From Tubiluchus corallicola (lineage: Eukaryota; Animalia; Priapulida): 64,000 nucleotides of DNA. The DNA is taken from the NCBI GenBank assembly GCA_030141605.1, contig JAQGDQ010000369.1:1-64000 (forward strand), written 5' to 3'. Positions 25,981-40,900 of this stretch are shown piece after piece. Each line of letters begins with the position of its first letter. The first letter of the stretch is position 1. Made by a program: the position numbers and the translations under genes. The notes below the pieces were generated by a model. It worked only from the letters and a program-made list of their open reading frames with translations, was not told the DNA's origin and searched no databases.

Positions 25981-28900
25981 CTGGAACAGAGTTTAAACAA
26001 ATGCGTGTTTGAACAAGCGATTGTGAAGGTTTACAGAGTCAGGTTTTTATGCTTCAAATGATCAGAGAAGAATGAAGAATGAAGGACATGCAGAGGAAAT
26101 GGAAAGCTTTGCATGTGGCTCATTTTATTTCTTAAGCTCATATTATTAAGATCGTATTGTCATACATTTAATGCTTAAGCTCATATTATTAAGATCGTAT
26201 TGTCATACTTTTAATGCTTAAGCTCATATTATTCAGATCGCATTGTCATACTTTTAATGCTTAAGCTCATATTATTCAGATCGCATTGTCATACTTTTAA
26301 TGCTTAAGCTCATATTATTCAGATCGTATTGTCATACTTTTAATGCTTAAGCTCATATTATTAAGATCATATTGTCATACATTTAATGCTTAAGCTCATA
26401 TTATTAAGATCGTATTGTCATACTTTTAATTCTTAAGCTCACATTATTAAGATCGCATTGTCATACTTTTAATTCTTAAGCTCATATTCTTATTCTCGTT
26501 TTACTTCTTAGTATGTGGCTCAATTTCTTAAACAGCTATTGGAATATATATATAGTCCATACCTTCAGTTGGCTTAATCGAATACAGTTTACACGCCATG
26601 TAATCTTTCAGTGAGGCGTACTGCTTCCTGAGTTTTAGTGTTTTGTAAATCATCCTAATTCTTTCTATGCCTGGCTGTATCATTTTGATCTTGCAGGTGG
26701 TTTCGTAGTCATAGCAACAGTCTCCGTACCAGTGACACATATCGTCGCAGCTGCAGTGAGAAGACGAGACTTGACCACATCGATATAAGCAGCTATGCAT
26801 GGACTCAATTCCTTTGCGTATGCCACTTCCATAACAATCATCAAAGACGAAGTGTGCCTCTAACTCCTTGCCTAGAAGCCGGGGTGCAAATGATCTTATT
26901 AGACATGTGTTATGTCAATGAACGTCAAGATTGATAATTGAAAAAAATGTTGACAGCTGCACTAAGTTGAAAAAAATTTTGACAGCTGCACTAAGAAATT
27001 GAGGTGGAAATGATCTTATTAGACATCTGTTATATCAATGAATGTCAAGATCGATAGTTGAAAAAAATGTTGACAGCTGCACTAAGAAATGATACATTTA
27101 TAATAGAGCACTATTACAGTAAACTCCGCTCATCTCAAAATCGCATAACTCAAATTTTTGCCTTTCTCAAAGAATTTCGGCAGAATGGATGAAATCATTT
27201 TTATCACAAAAAACACTGCGTAACTGAAAGTATGTAACTCAAAATTAGTACTAGCTGAAATAAAAAATTGTGGTCCATTTAATCAAAATATTGCCTGACT
27301 CAAATCTATGCACAAACTGAACTACAGTACATAAGACAGGGGTAGCCCCACTGTCATATTGTTTAATAGTGTTGTGAAATGGTCAAGATCGTCCAAAGTT
27401 TTTTTGCAGTTGGATTTGAGTCACACGGAGTTTACTGTAGTTACTACAATTCCATATACTGTCTTTTTGAGTCAATAATATTGACTATAGTAGCACAAAC
27501 TTGTGTCATAAAACTAATCTTACAGGAAATTCAGTTCTTTCTTTAAAGACTTGTTTCTTGTAATATGACAACTTTACTGTAGCTGCAGATTTCTTATACG
27601 CAATTCTGAAATAGCTTTACGTATCAACTTGTTCACTAAACTTTTTGGAAAAGTCGTGTTGCATGAAAGCTTTCTTGGAAACATTTTTGATAACTTTTAT
27701 TAAAAAAGCTTAAACAGTAGGCTATTGGCTAGACGTTGTCTATTTGGCATTTCATTCTAGTTGGTTTATTACCCAGATGTTACGGCTCAAATCTCCAACA
27801 AGCCTGTAATAAGTTTCTAGAGTTATAACAGTATAGTAACATTTCTACTGCTACTATTAGCACTGGTTTTTAACAAGAGTCTTAGAGAAAATGAAATGTT
27901 CAAGTTCCTGTTTAGTTTTAGTCACTTAGGAGCAGTCCTTAATTCTGCACAACTTGGATTGTAAATCTGTTAAACCAGTCAGGATTTCTGCGTTTTCTCA
28001 CTTGTTACATGTAACTGTGATCTAACAACCATCGGGTCTTGTAAGCTTCTTAACTAACTAGCGGTAGATTCATCTGACTTGTTGAACCACTCGTAGGTTT
28101 AAAGCAAAACCAATCTTGAACTGCATGTCAAAACAATCTACTCTTTAAAATATTGAAAGGAAACAATATTTTTTCAAAAGTGACTTACGTGAAAGAATTA
28201 TTACCACACAAACACAATTTCGCATTCTCTAGTTAGACGAGCACTAGCACCTACATTTCAGAAACAAATTACACAAAAAGAGGTACTGTACCTCACAGTT
28301 CAGAAGTGTTCAGATATGACATAGTACACACATTCCAGAGCTCATGTGTGAGGACAACGGTAAACTTGAAAGTTGAATTTTAAATATAAAGTTTGCAGAG
28401 TTTTTGTATATCACACTGAATGTCATGCAGTAACACTGAACTTAATTTTTCCTTTAGCAATTACATGTAGCATGCTCATGGAATGTTTGTGCTATTGAAA
28501 ATTGTGTTCAATTATGGTCATTAGCTGGGCTTTTCTTGTTAATTAAGTCCATTATTTAATTATCAGACATGCTTTATTACAGGTGTTAAAATGTATTTTT
28601 TTTTCTTACAGTACATCAAAATGTGGTATGATATAAAGAGTCATCCTGTTTTCCTTTAATGCATTACTGATAAGACTATACTAACCCATAAGTTGACATT
28701 TTTCTTCTTCTTCATCCGAGGAATCCTGGCAGTGCGCCACACCATCACACACTTGTCTTAGTGCAATACAGTACACCTCATCCTGACATCTGAACGGCTT
28801 TTCCATTGGGCAGTATGTCCATTCTGTGTCACAGCAATATGCAATATAATATTTTTGACTACTTAATTTACTCCAAAAGGAACTGTAAGCCACTTTTTAT

Positions 28901-31900
28901 AGTGTTGGCCAGTATAGCCATCTTGGTAGCACATCACATTGTTGAATACTGAATTCATTGCGGCAGTGTAAATCTACAGCTTGAAGGGAGGCTTGCATTT
29001 GTTTTTGTAAGGTATACACTACGTGTTATTCTAAAATGTAAATTTATGATAAATTTAGTAAGGCAGGGTGACTGTTTATGTTGTAAGTGGTTTTCAGTGC
29101 TCATCTTATGCAGCAAACAAATACAAAAACATTTTATGCATGCTACGTGTCTAAACCAGACTCAACGTTTGTGAAGAGGACAGTTGTGCAATGGCTTTTA
29201 ACACAGAATTTTATTTGTATCTTTGAAATGGTCACAAATTAATGGACTTTTGACTACATTAATCTATGCCACAGAACTACACAAACCATAAAAGCATAAG
29301 AAAATGTTTTGTTCGGGTCACACGTTTACGTTAGAAAGAGAAGCTATTTTCCACTCACCTGGACAGTTGAGTTCATCTTCTCTGCTCAAACAATCACTGA
29401 TACCATCACACAGGTGAGTTTCAGTTATGCACTCCGTAGTGTCACATGTCATTTCATATGGTGCGCATTTTGTGCCATTCCCAGACTGTTCTTCACTCAC
29501 TGCCCAACAGATGGAGACACACGGCTTTTATTAGATTGTTCCCGATTTATACTTATCGAGGCAAGATGGCGGTAGTGTAGTAAGAAGTAGAAATGAATCC
29601 AGGTAAAAAAAAACTACAGAAACAGGTTCAGGGCAAATAACCCTAGGCAAAATTTGGCCAGGTCAGGCGAAAGGCTATCAAGCAATAATTAAGCTGTAAA
29701 AATTTAAATTATAAGATTAATATGTATAAAAATTTCTTAGTTTTTCTTTATGCTAAGTGAAAAGAAGATCTACAACAGTAAATCACAATTTTTGTATTAC
29801 AGGTACTTAAAAACATTCATAGTTAAAACACCACAACTTTATTAAAACTTTTAATTTACATAGTTAAATTTCATGCCGGACGTTTCGACAGAGCTACTAC
29901 TGTCGTCATCAGTGGTAAATTTTTACAAACATACAAGCAGTTTATATAGGCAGAGCCTACAGTGCAGAATGTTTTGCACTAATTATGTATTTAACAGAAG
30001 CCAAGTAGGTAATAAATAAGCAGACCAGTAAAGAAATTAATACAGTAAGTTATGCACTAATTAGCAGTAGCTCTGTCGAAACGTTTGACAAGATTTTTAA
30101 TTATGTAAATTGAAAGTTTTAATAAAGTTGTGGTGTTTTAACTATAAATCACAAATTAGTTCGGACAGTTTTTTTCAGTTGTTGAAAATATAGTCAAGTT
30201 TATACCCGTACCTTCAGTGCATACAATTTCATCATTGATTTGGCTACAAAACACCATAGGCATGTTAAAGTTAATCACAGTGCCTTCACACGAGCCACCA
30301 TTGCTGCAGTTTTCCATTTCTCCTGTTTCATTAAGCTCATTTTGGCTAGAATCTGTAATGGGAACGACCTAACAATCCAACTACTATTTTGCACGTATAT
30401 AAACTACAACACAGATAAACACATTCGTCTAATTTGCATTGAAAATGATAGACAAATAGAGTACTTGCTGTAAATTCTATGATAGTGACACAAAATTTAT
30501 TTCGATGTATTTTTTTTACTTGTTGTCTGAAATCTGTTGTGTCAGAGAAGGTGAGATAGGCTTTTGAGTGTCTTCAGTGATGGCTTTTTTATTATAAAGG
30601 TATTATAGAAGGGTTGGGAGGAGCTGGATAAAGTTGGCGAAAATTAATTCCGCCATAAATTAACGTTTTATCGGAAATTGAAATTGTCTTAAACGGAAAT
30701 AGAAATTTATTATGAGCGTGTTGTAGTCTACTGTGGGTGTTGAAAACGGCAAATAAAAGATGTAGAATTACTTTATATTTAAATTTATATTTTGTATGCT
30801 GTAGTGTAGACCTTGTGGGCTGCTTCAAAATAATTAGTGGAAATACTGTTCTGGCTGTGGCAGACTTTTTTCCAGGCCTCCGAGTACTTCGTGGTCACGT
30901 GTCTAAGTTCTAAGTTATTTGTGCAGCCGACTAGAACCAACATCAGATCACACTTCTTTGGGCATCGTGTAGTTCAACCATGGAATCATCTTTCATCATC
31001 AACCAGCTGGAACCAACATCAGATCACGCTTCTTTGGGCATCGTGTAGTTAAACCATGGAATCATCTTTCATCATCAACCAGCTAGAACCAACATCAGAT
31101 CACACTTCTTTGGGCATCGTGTAGTTCAACCATGGAATCATCTTTCATCATCAACCAGCTGGAACCAACATCAGATCACGCTTCTTTGGGCATCGTGTAG
31201 TTCAACCATGGAATCATCTTTCATCATCAACCAGCTGGAACCAACATCAGATCACACTTCTTTGGGCATCGTGTAGTTCAACCATGGAATCATCTTTCAT
31301 CATCAACCAGCTGGAACCAACATCAGATCACACTTCTTTGGACATCGTGTAGTTCAACCATGGGATTACCCTTCGTCATCAATCATCAGTGCTTCATCTG
31401 TTTGCAGTTTCAAAAAGCCATACGAGAGAGGACCGTTTATAGATAGTTACCGTCTAGGTCCGTATTTCTTTGGATAAGGTATTCATGACTAGACAATAAC
31501 ATTATTATCAAATTATTACATCACGAAAACAATGCACACATACAATGAGAAATGAATGATAAATAAACTGCATAAAACAGAATTAGTAAAACTGACGAAC
31601 TGCAAGCAGTCAAAACTGAAAGTAATTACTGTAATAATCTAGCACTCATTGAAACTAACAATTATTCTAAATAAAAAAACATATTATATCAAACGTGAGC
31701 AAAACATTGTACAGACGTTCAGCTATACCAAGGCAAAGTTTGCTTACAAACAGGTACTTACAAGCTAAGTCATTCATTCGTTTATGACAGGAGGAAATTT
31801 AGACCTAACCAAACGACTAATCGTGATATGACGGAGTCTGCAATTAATGCAGCTTCTAACATTTCATGACATCTGTCTTTGGGTAATTTTAAGAGAATAG

Positions 31901-34900
31901 CTTAAAACGTTTTGGCACACACACCTTAGTGTTTGTGACATCAGTGTTACGGGGTAAAACTCAATAATTCCGTTACTATTTTCTTATAATTTTGTAATCA
32001 AAACTTCGACACATTTTTTGTCCCACCTGATAACAGCAGTTGTGCACAATTATAGCGAAACATGCGCCTCATTGTAGGAAATTGTGCTGATTGTATGTGC
32101 TGTTGTTTAATCATGTTTACTTGTTCGTTTTGTCGATCTGTCATTCATCGGCTTAATGAAACCTTTCGTTAAACCGTCGTTCATTTGTTTGTTTATTTTC
32201 TCTCATTTATTTTCCTCACTCATTTATTCTTTCACTTATTAATTTGTATTTGTTCATTAATTCGTTTACGTGCTCATATTTTCATTTCTCAATTCATTCG
32301 TCAGTTATCTCATTCAATCATTTGTCCGTTCATTTATCCATTCACTCCTTGATTTATTTATTTAATTATTTGTTTGCTTTATCACGTATTCGTTCATTTA
32401 TCCATTCATTCAATCATTCGTTTGTTTATTTGCTGACGCATTCATTTATAAGTTCATTACTTATTTATTTTTTTCACCTGTTCATTCATTCATCTGTTTA
32501 TTTAATCGTTCTTTTACTCACTCGTTCATTCATTCGCTCATTATTTATTTATTGTACAATTTTATTACCCCATCAGATCAACCGAATAGTTATGTCAAAC
32601 ACGTAACAAAAACAAACATACGATGTACGTTGTACCAGAACTTCAGAACATAAACACACGATGTACATTATACCAGTACTACAGAACATAAACACACGAT
32701 GTACGTTATACCAGTACTTCAGAACATAAACATGCGATGTACATTATATTAGTACTACAGAACATAAACATACGATGTACGTTATACCAGTACTTCAGAA
32801 CATAAACATGCAGTGTACATTATACCAGTACTGCAAGAAATAAATATACGATGTACTTTATACCAGTACTACAGAACATAAATATACGATGTACGTCATA
32901 CCAGTACTACAGAACATAAACATACGATGTACATTATACCAGTACTACAGAACATAAACACGCGGTGTACATTATACCAGTACTACAGGACATAAATATA
33001 CGACGTGCATTAGTACTATAAACGTACGATGTGCGTTATACCAGTACTAGAGAACATAAACGTGCGATGTACATTGTACTAGTACTATTGAACATAAACA
33101 TACGATGTACGTTATATTATACTAGTACTACAGAACATAAACATGCGATGTACATTATACCAGTAATGCAGAACGTAACAGTTTCTTTAGCTGAGAAACA
33201 TTAAGAACATTAAACAGTTAAAAATACAAGTAGGTTAGTGTTAAATTTTTTTGTTTATTCATGGGTTCATTCATTCATTCATTCGTTATATTTATTTATT
33301 TATTTACGTGTTCTTTCAGTCATTCGCGAAATTCTACTACAACTCACAATAAACCAATCTCTTTTCATTTATTTCTGCGTTTGTTAAAACTCAATAGAAA
33401 GCAATTTCTCGTCAAAATGAATGATTTATCAACGCACCATAGTTACAGTCATTTTCAAGGTCAATGCAGGTGTCATTGCACATCTGATATCCAGGTGGAC
33501 AATGTGTGATGACGTCACCATCAGGAATGTTGTTTGCATCAAAATCTTTTACGGGATGTACATCTAAAGTAAAATTTGTAATAAATTTCTTAAATTTGGT
33601 AGAATTCCGTGTTTATCTCACATCTGCAATTTCATAAGCTTTTCTACAAGTATCTTATCCAGGTGCAGATCTGTGGACACTTTTTTCTAAATTGTTTAAC
33701 TATATGATACCAAGAAATAATAATTATGTTTAACAAGCTTATTGCTTTATATAGTATATAGTATCTAGTTTCTTTATTTAGTATCTAATGCTTTATATAG
33801 TAACATTGACATTAGAAATTTAGCAGTGAGAAATACTGTAAATTTGTTACTATGCGGAGATGAAAATCTTAGTTACGTAGATAATTGTTAAATTTTTGAT
33901 TGTGTACAGTTGTTTTAAATAATCAATTGATTAATTTATATTGTGAAGATGCCTGTTTAATCACCGATAAACAAGTTTAGTGCAGGGACTAAATATTGAA
34001 ATGTTCATTATTTGCTTTAGTATCTACTTACACCAAGTAACTATGACAACTTTGTAAATATATAAATTAAATTAAATTAAAATAAATATCTGTGGAAGGG
34101 CTTTACCAGAATATGAAGTATAATATTTTGAAACGGTACAGTAAAACAGTGGAAACTTCTTAGTTACATTCGGACTACATCAATGAGGGTGTGGAGGGCT
34201 TCTGGCAGAAACAACTTGCTGGAAGCAAGTGGTCACCCATTATGCTCACGGGATTGGTGTTGCTTCACTTCTGCCATTATTACAGACACTATGACCACTT
34301 AGCTATTTTCTTCAGGCAAAATAAATATGGAACAGATTAGTAAAGCCGTGTGTCACATTTTTGCAGCCTGTTTGCAAGTACGTTTGTAGCGGGTTGTTGT
34401 CTTTTACACATTATATAAATGCCAGTCCTGCTACAGGCTTAGAAATTTAGCTATGTCAAACAACAGCCTCGTCCAGTTATTCTACCATTTTTGTGATCAT
34501 CTAACGATTAGTTTACTTCAAATTACCTGTATGACAAGTAATTACCTGTATAATTACCTGTATGACAAGTTTGAGGAAGCTCGTCAGAAGCATCCCTGCA
34601 GTGCACGTATTCATCACACACCTGGTGATCAAACAAACACACCTTTGTATCGTTACAGCGAAATGTGTCTCCTTCCTCGCAAGGCTTCTCGGCTGAAACA
34701 TGTACATTAAGCTGTGGTTAATTATACAATATTCCAGCAAAGTTGCATCTGGCAGTGAAAACCAAGTGGTTGTGACAGTACTGACCCTAGTTGATTATGA
34801 ATTACTGATTATCATCTATATCCTCAAGCAAGAACATACACTAAGACAGTATGGGAAATAAAGCCAGAAAGAACGTGCAGTTAACCTCCTATCCATTTAC

Positions 34901-37900
34901 TGAGCAACACCACGACTGCTTAACTTCGCCCCTAAGCACACACAGTTTGCATGACTTTTTCTAGCCAACTCGTTTACAAGGTCGCTTTATTTGTCTTTTA
35001 AGAAATTTGAGGAATGTAGCCGTACGTTTCCTTGCGAAGGCGTAAAATATGGAAGCCCAAAGGGTACTCGTAAATCATGGACAGTCAGGCTCATTACTGT
35101 AGTGTGTACTAATGGACTGTTCTAGAAATGCTACGAGAAAAGAACCCTTGTATAAGACAAATAAACGCAGACATGTATCCGTCATCAAGGGGTTCATTCA
35201 CAACTGTTTTCATGAACACGATAGGGGTAAAATGAAAGGAGAGAGGTTTGGTTACGTTTTCAAGTGGGTTTTGTCAAAAATAGTATTGAATAGATAGCTA
35301 GCAAGCTTATTTGTTTATTCTCGCCACAAGTTTGTATTCTAAAAAAGATGATCGCCTCTAAAATTTCAAGGGAGGTGCGGTCAGTTGGTGAATAAAAGAT
35401 GGCTACATCCTATATTCTGTCACTTTCGGCTCCTGGAACTTTTTTAACTGTCAATTCAGCTTTGTTTTCTGATTACTATGGCAGTAAGGAGGCATTTTAG
35501 TCGTCGTTTCCGGGGAATGAACGTTACTATGGCACAAAGGAGGCATCTTAGTCATCGTTTCCGGGGAATGAACGTGACTATGGCAGTAAGGAGGCATCTT
35601 AGTCATCGTTTCCGGGGAACGAACGTTCCTATGGCAGTAAGGAGACATCTTAGTCATCGTTTCCGGGGAACGATCGTTACTATGGCAGTAAGGAGGCATC
35701 TTAGTCATCGTTTCCGGGGAACGAACGTTACTATGGCACAAAGGAGGCATCTTAGTCATCGTTTCCGGGGAACGAACGTTACTATGGCACAAAGGAGGTA
35801 CCTTAGTCATCGTTTCCGGGGAATGAACGTGACTATGGCAGTAAGGAGGCATCTTAGTCATCGTTTCCGAGGAACGAACGTTACTATGGCAGTAAGGAGG
35901 CATCTTAGTCATCGTTTCCGGGGAACGAACGTTACTATGGCAGTAAGGAGGCATCTTAGTCATCGTTTCCGGGGAACGAACGTTACTATGGCGGTAAGGA
36001 GGCATCTTAGTCATCGTTTCCGGGGAACGAACGTTACTATGGCAGTAAGGAGGCATCTTAGTCATCGTTTCCGGGGAACGAACGTTACTATTTCAGTAAG
36101 GAGGCATCTTAGTCATCGTTTCCGGGGAATGAACGTTACTATGGCAGTAAGGAGGCATCTTAGTCATATAGTAGATAACGACTTAATTGCACTGAATGGT
36201 TGAGTATAATGAGTGATTCTAATTAAGGCTACTCTTACTCTACGAATGAGAAAAGCTCCTGCCTTTTAAGTAGCTGGTAGGAATACACACATAGGGACTG
36301 GCCAGGCTGGATTAATAAACGCCGATCTCTTATTTGATTATTTAAATAAATAAATAAATATTATTTTAACAAGGTATTTCTTACGTTGTATTCCGTATTT
36401 TTAACGGCTTTATATTTAGACCTTACGTAATGATTGCAAGTAAGTTTGAAAAGTAAACTTATTTGCTAAAGAGCGTTGTGAAGCATTGAAAGGGAACTTT
36501 GTGAAGCATTGTAAAGGAGCATTGTGAAGCATTGTAAAGGAGCCTTGTGAAGTATTGTAGAGGAGCATTGTGAAGCATTGTAAAGGAGCGTTGTGAAGCA
36601 TTGTACAGGAGCATTGTGAAACATTGTAAAGGAACTTTGTGAAGCATTGTTTTTTTTAATTTATATTTCACCTTACACATTTACAATGGTTACATATACA
36701 ATATCTAGTGAAAGGGCCTACAATGGATATAATACAAATAAGAAATACTGCACAGGAAAAGCCTCAAACACTGTTCACCTATATACGAAGGTAAATGTGT
36801 TGCGGGCAGTCAAAAAGCAGGGCTTGTTAGATTGTCCCACACAGTGATAGGAAAAAAGTAACGGAAATAATCTGAAAATTTAAAGTGAATCGTGATAAAG
36901 AAAAGCATTAGTGCTTAAAATGGAATGATGTAATGAATGAAGCTCATATATGGGATCATTGTGAAGGAGCACTGTGAAGCCTTGTAAAGGATCATTGTGA
37001 AGCATAGTAGAGGAGCATTGTAAAGCATTGCAAAGGGGCATTGTGAAGCCTTGTAAAGGAGCACTGTGAAGCATTGTAAAGGATCACTGTGAAGCCTTGT
37101 AAAGGAGCATTGTGAAGCATTGTAAAGGATCACTGTGAAGCCTTGTAAAGGAGCATTGTGAAGCATAGTAGAGGAGCATTGTAAAGCATTGCAAAGGAGC
37201 ATTGTGAAGCCTTGTAAAGGAGCACTGTGAAGCATTGTAAAGGATCACTGTGAAGCCTTGTAAAGGAGCATTGTGAAGCATTGTAGAAGAGTGCATTAAA
37301 AGACCTTACAAAATGAGTTGTAGCCGGCAACTCAAGGAAGACAGGAGGCTGTGTTCCTCGATGTTTGTGCTTGTATATTCTATACTGTATAGAATGAATG
37401 CACAATTAAATGTGCAATTTTGTAAATAAAGACTGACATGCCCTCTCGACTGTTCACAAGGCAATAGGTCACGAGCCATACACCGACAACAATATTAAAC
37501 AACAATAAACAGCAGCTATGAACTCTTGCAAACTCACGTTCTTTTACTACAGGCTAATAATTCACAGACCAGTGTGTCGTTAGTAACATTATTATTAGTT
37601 TTCTTTATTGCTAAAATGTTACATACAACGAAGACATTAAACTGGATCATAATGACATGCAACCAGTTAATAGAAAAACTGTTAAAACCAATAGTGTCAT
37701 TATTAGTTCGCCTAAGCATTTAAATTAGCACAGTTAAAAACTAAATTAAAATTATATACAAGTCGATAGTCATGTTTGCTTATTGAACCACTATTACATA
37801 TTACACACATTACATTAATAAACATCTAATAAACAAAGCTAAGTTGTATATATTGTAGATAATTAATTAACTGTATTTAATCGTGAGATACAACTAACCG

Positions 37901-40900
37901 ACAATTGCTATATTGATTTATATGTTTATAAATGATTTATATGTATAATGCTTGATATTAAAAAACACTTGAGAGTTTGACGCCTAATATTAGCAAATGA
38001 CATACCAGAAACTATGTCCATTTAATTGTGAACTATTGTGGCATTTAATTCTGTAGTTCATGCTAACAAATCCGTATAATACGTTTATCCGGATAATCCG
38101 GATATTACTTATAACGAAACTCAATAGTACGATGATTTCATTATGCCGCTCCCATGATTATAATAAATCCTATGTAATCACATATGGCTATTACAAAACC
38201 CAGAAACAGTTGCAAGACTGTTTCTGATGTGGCCAGCTTTGTCTAGATGCTTTTCACCTGTTGCCACGGTGACCATAACTTAGTTGATAAACGTTGGCCC
38301 TGGGTGTGGACGTATACGAAATTAAGTACTTGGATTAAGAGTACAATTGTCAGTTGAAACTTAATGTATCCTACAGCAATTAATTAATTATTTAAATTTA
38401 CTTCAAAACTTAATAATGGATGTACACTGTACGTTTACTAGTACTCAGTAAAGTTAAATGATGTACAGCTAGACTTACGCTAACATACAAGCTTTTAATA
38501 TCAGTGATATATATAGAAAGATTGTTGACTTACAAAAGTAAGTTTGACATTCGGTGTTGCTGAGCTGCTTAATTCCATGGTTTGGTCCGCATTGTTCTAG
38601 TAATTCCAGTTCTAGAATGAGCACGTCAGCTAACAAACACAGACGTCGTTTATCGTAGCATTGTCCAGTGGTGGCGCATCGAGCTTGATATGTGGAAGAA
38701 CAGGCTACCTCAACTACAATGCGATACAGAAAGAATAAAGTAAGCACACGTACGTGACAACTTGGTCATTCACCTCGCCTCATCCCTTTCGTGAAAGAAT
38801 TTCCTTCTTGGGTAAGAATAAACTGTGACTCATATTACAAATGTTCATTTTTTACATTATATTATTATCATTACGACCGTGATCACAGCCATCATTTACC
38901 ATATTCAGCAACATTTGCCATCAACACCATCACCATCGTAATCATCATCATCATCACCATCACCATTATCATCATTATCACCACCACCATCATCTTCATC
39001 ATCATTATCATCATCGTCATCATCATATCGTCACCATCATCAACACCATCACCATCGTCATCGTCGTCATCATCATCACCATCATCCTCATTATCATTAT
39101 CACCATCATCATCATCATCGTTTACATGATCATCACCGTCAATCTTATTATTGTTCTAGAAAAGTGATTAAATTGTCTGTTACACTAACCGCAGTTCTCT
39201 AACTGTTCATCATACCAGTCGCCAGCATCATCACCATTATCATCATCATCATCATCAACATCATCATCGTTTACATGATCATCACCGTCAATGTTATTGC
39301 TTGGACATTTTTCCAAGCTTATATAGCAAAAGCCTTATTGCGCATTGACCTTGGTGTATTGCACCATCTGGCCAATCTTTACCTCCTGGACAGCGGTTAA
39401 TACTCTCGATTTCTAATTTTATGACTAATAATTACTGCCGCTGAAGTCCCTGAATTTAAGTCGCTTTTGATTTCTTCCGCACCGTCTGGGCAGTCTTACC
39501 CCCCGGACAGTGGATATTACTTCTGATTTCTAACTTAATGATCAATAAGCACTGACACTGAACCTTGCCGCTTTGACTTTACTTCCCCGACACGCGACAA
39601 ATGGTTACTTTTGACCTTCTTCCTTTTGTTTTCTAATCGGCATGCATGCTGCTAATAAACAGCGTCTCCTTGCATTCTACACCTGTCCTTTCACTATATT
39701 GCGACAACTCATTAGATTCAAGCCACACGCTGGGTGAGTTCCATATTCAATTTATATGAATTTCCTTAACAAAATCAGGGAGGAGCGAGTTTATCATCTG
39801 AATCTGATTCGTCTGATAAACTCATTGGATAAACTCAATTAATCATCAAATTTATTCATAACATTATTATTGTTCTAGAAAAGTGATTAAATTGTCTGTT
39901 ACACTAACCGCAGTTCTCTAACTTTTTATCATACCAGTCGCCAGCATCATCACCATTATCATCATCATCGTCAACATCATCATCGTTTACATGATCATCA
40001 CCGTCAATGTTATTATTGTTCTAGAAAAGTGATTAAATTGTCTGTTACACTAACCGCAGTTCTCTAACTTTTTATCATACCAGTCGCCAGCATCATCACC
40101 ATTATCATCATCATCATCATCTCCATCAACATCATCATCGTTTACATGATCATCACCGTCAATGTTATTATTGTTCTAGAAAAGTGATTAAATTGTCTGT
40201 TACACTAACCACAGTTCTCTAACTGTTCATCATACCAGTCGCCACAGTCATTATAGTAATCACACATGTCTTCCCTTCCAATACATCGGCCTGTGTTGGG
40301 ACATTTTACATATCCATCAGCACACGGTGTGGCCTCTGAAAATTAACGCAGGAGAATAACTATGTGAAATAAAAAATTGTTATGCATCTTTGATATAACG
40401 AGGCTTTCTTATTATTCAGATAATACAGAGTAATGTGATGAGGGAAGATTTCGGAATCGTAGTTACGTTTCATACGCCAAACGGTTCTGATGACGTCATC
40501 ACTCGTCATTCTACTGAAATCTAACTGGTTCTTGCTGGCACAGAATTTCAATGACGCTTCAAATAATACAAAGACCATGAAGGTAAAGTTTCAACATTCA
40601 TTGCACAGTGCACAGGTATATGCAGTCATACAGTAACTAAATTGAAAGACATAAGACTTTTCAGCAGAGCTCTTCAGTGTCTACTTCTGCAATTATATCA
40701 AAATATTAGGCAAAAGCACAAAACTAAAATTGCTGTTGAAAGCAGCTATGTTTGTTACTAACTCTGCTGAAAAGTCTTATGTCTTTCAATTTAGTTACTG
40801 TATGACTACATGTACCTGTGCACTGTGCAATGAATGTAGAAACTTTACCATCATGGTCATAGTATTATTTAAAGCATTATTGAAATCTAACCCTCTTGAG

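Noticed and set aside
32027-32072. Possible alternative first exon MRRMFRYNCAQLLLS|G on the minus strand
   Set aside because: Poor signal peptide and weak donor; could easily be chance.
35451-36203. 204-aa and 241-aa repetitive ORFs on both strands
   Set aside because: Artefact of a 51-bp stop-free tandem repeat inside an intron.
37310-37385. Candidate extra GPCR exon with a GTAAG donor
   Set aside because: No acceptor/donor pair in phase 1-1 without a stop.
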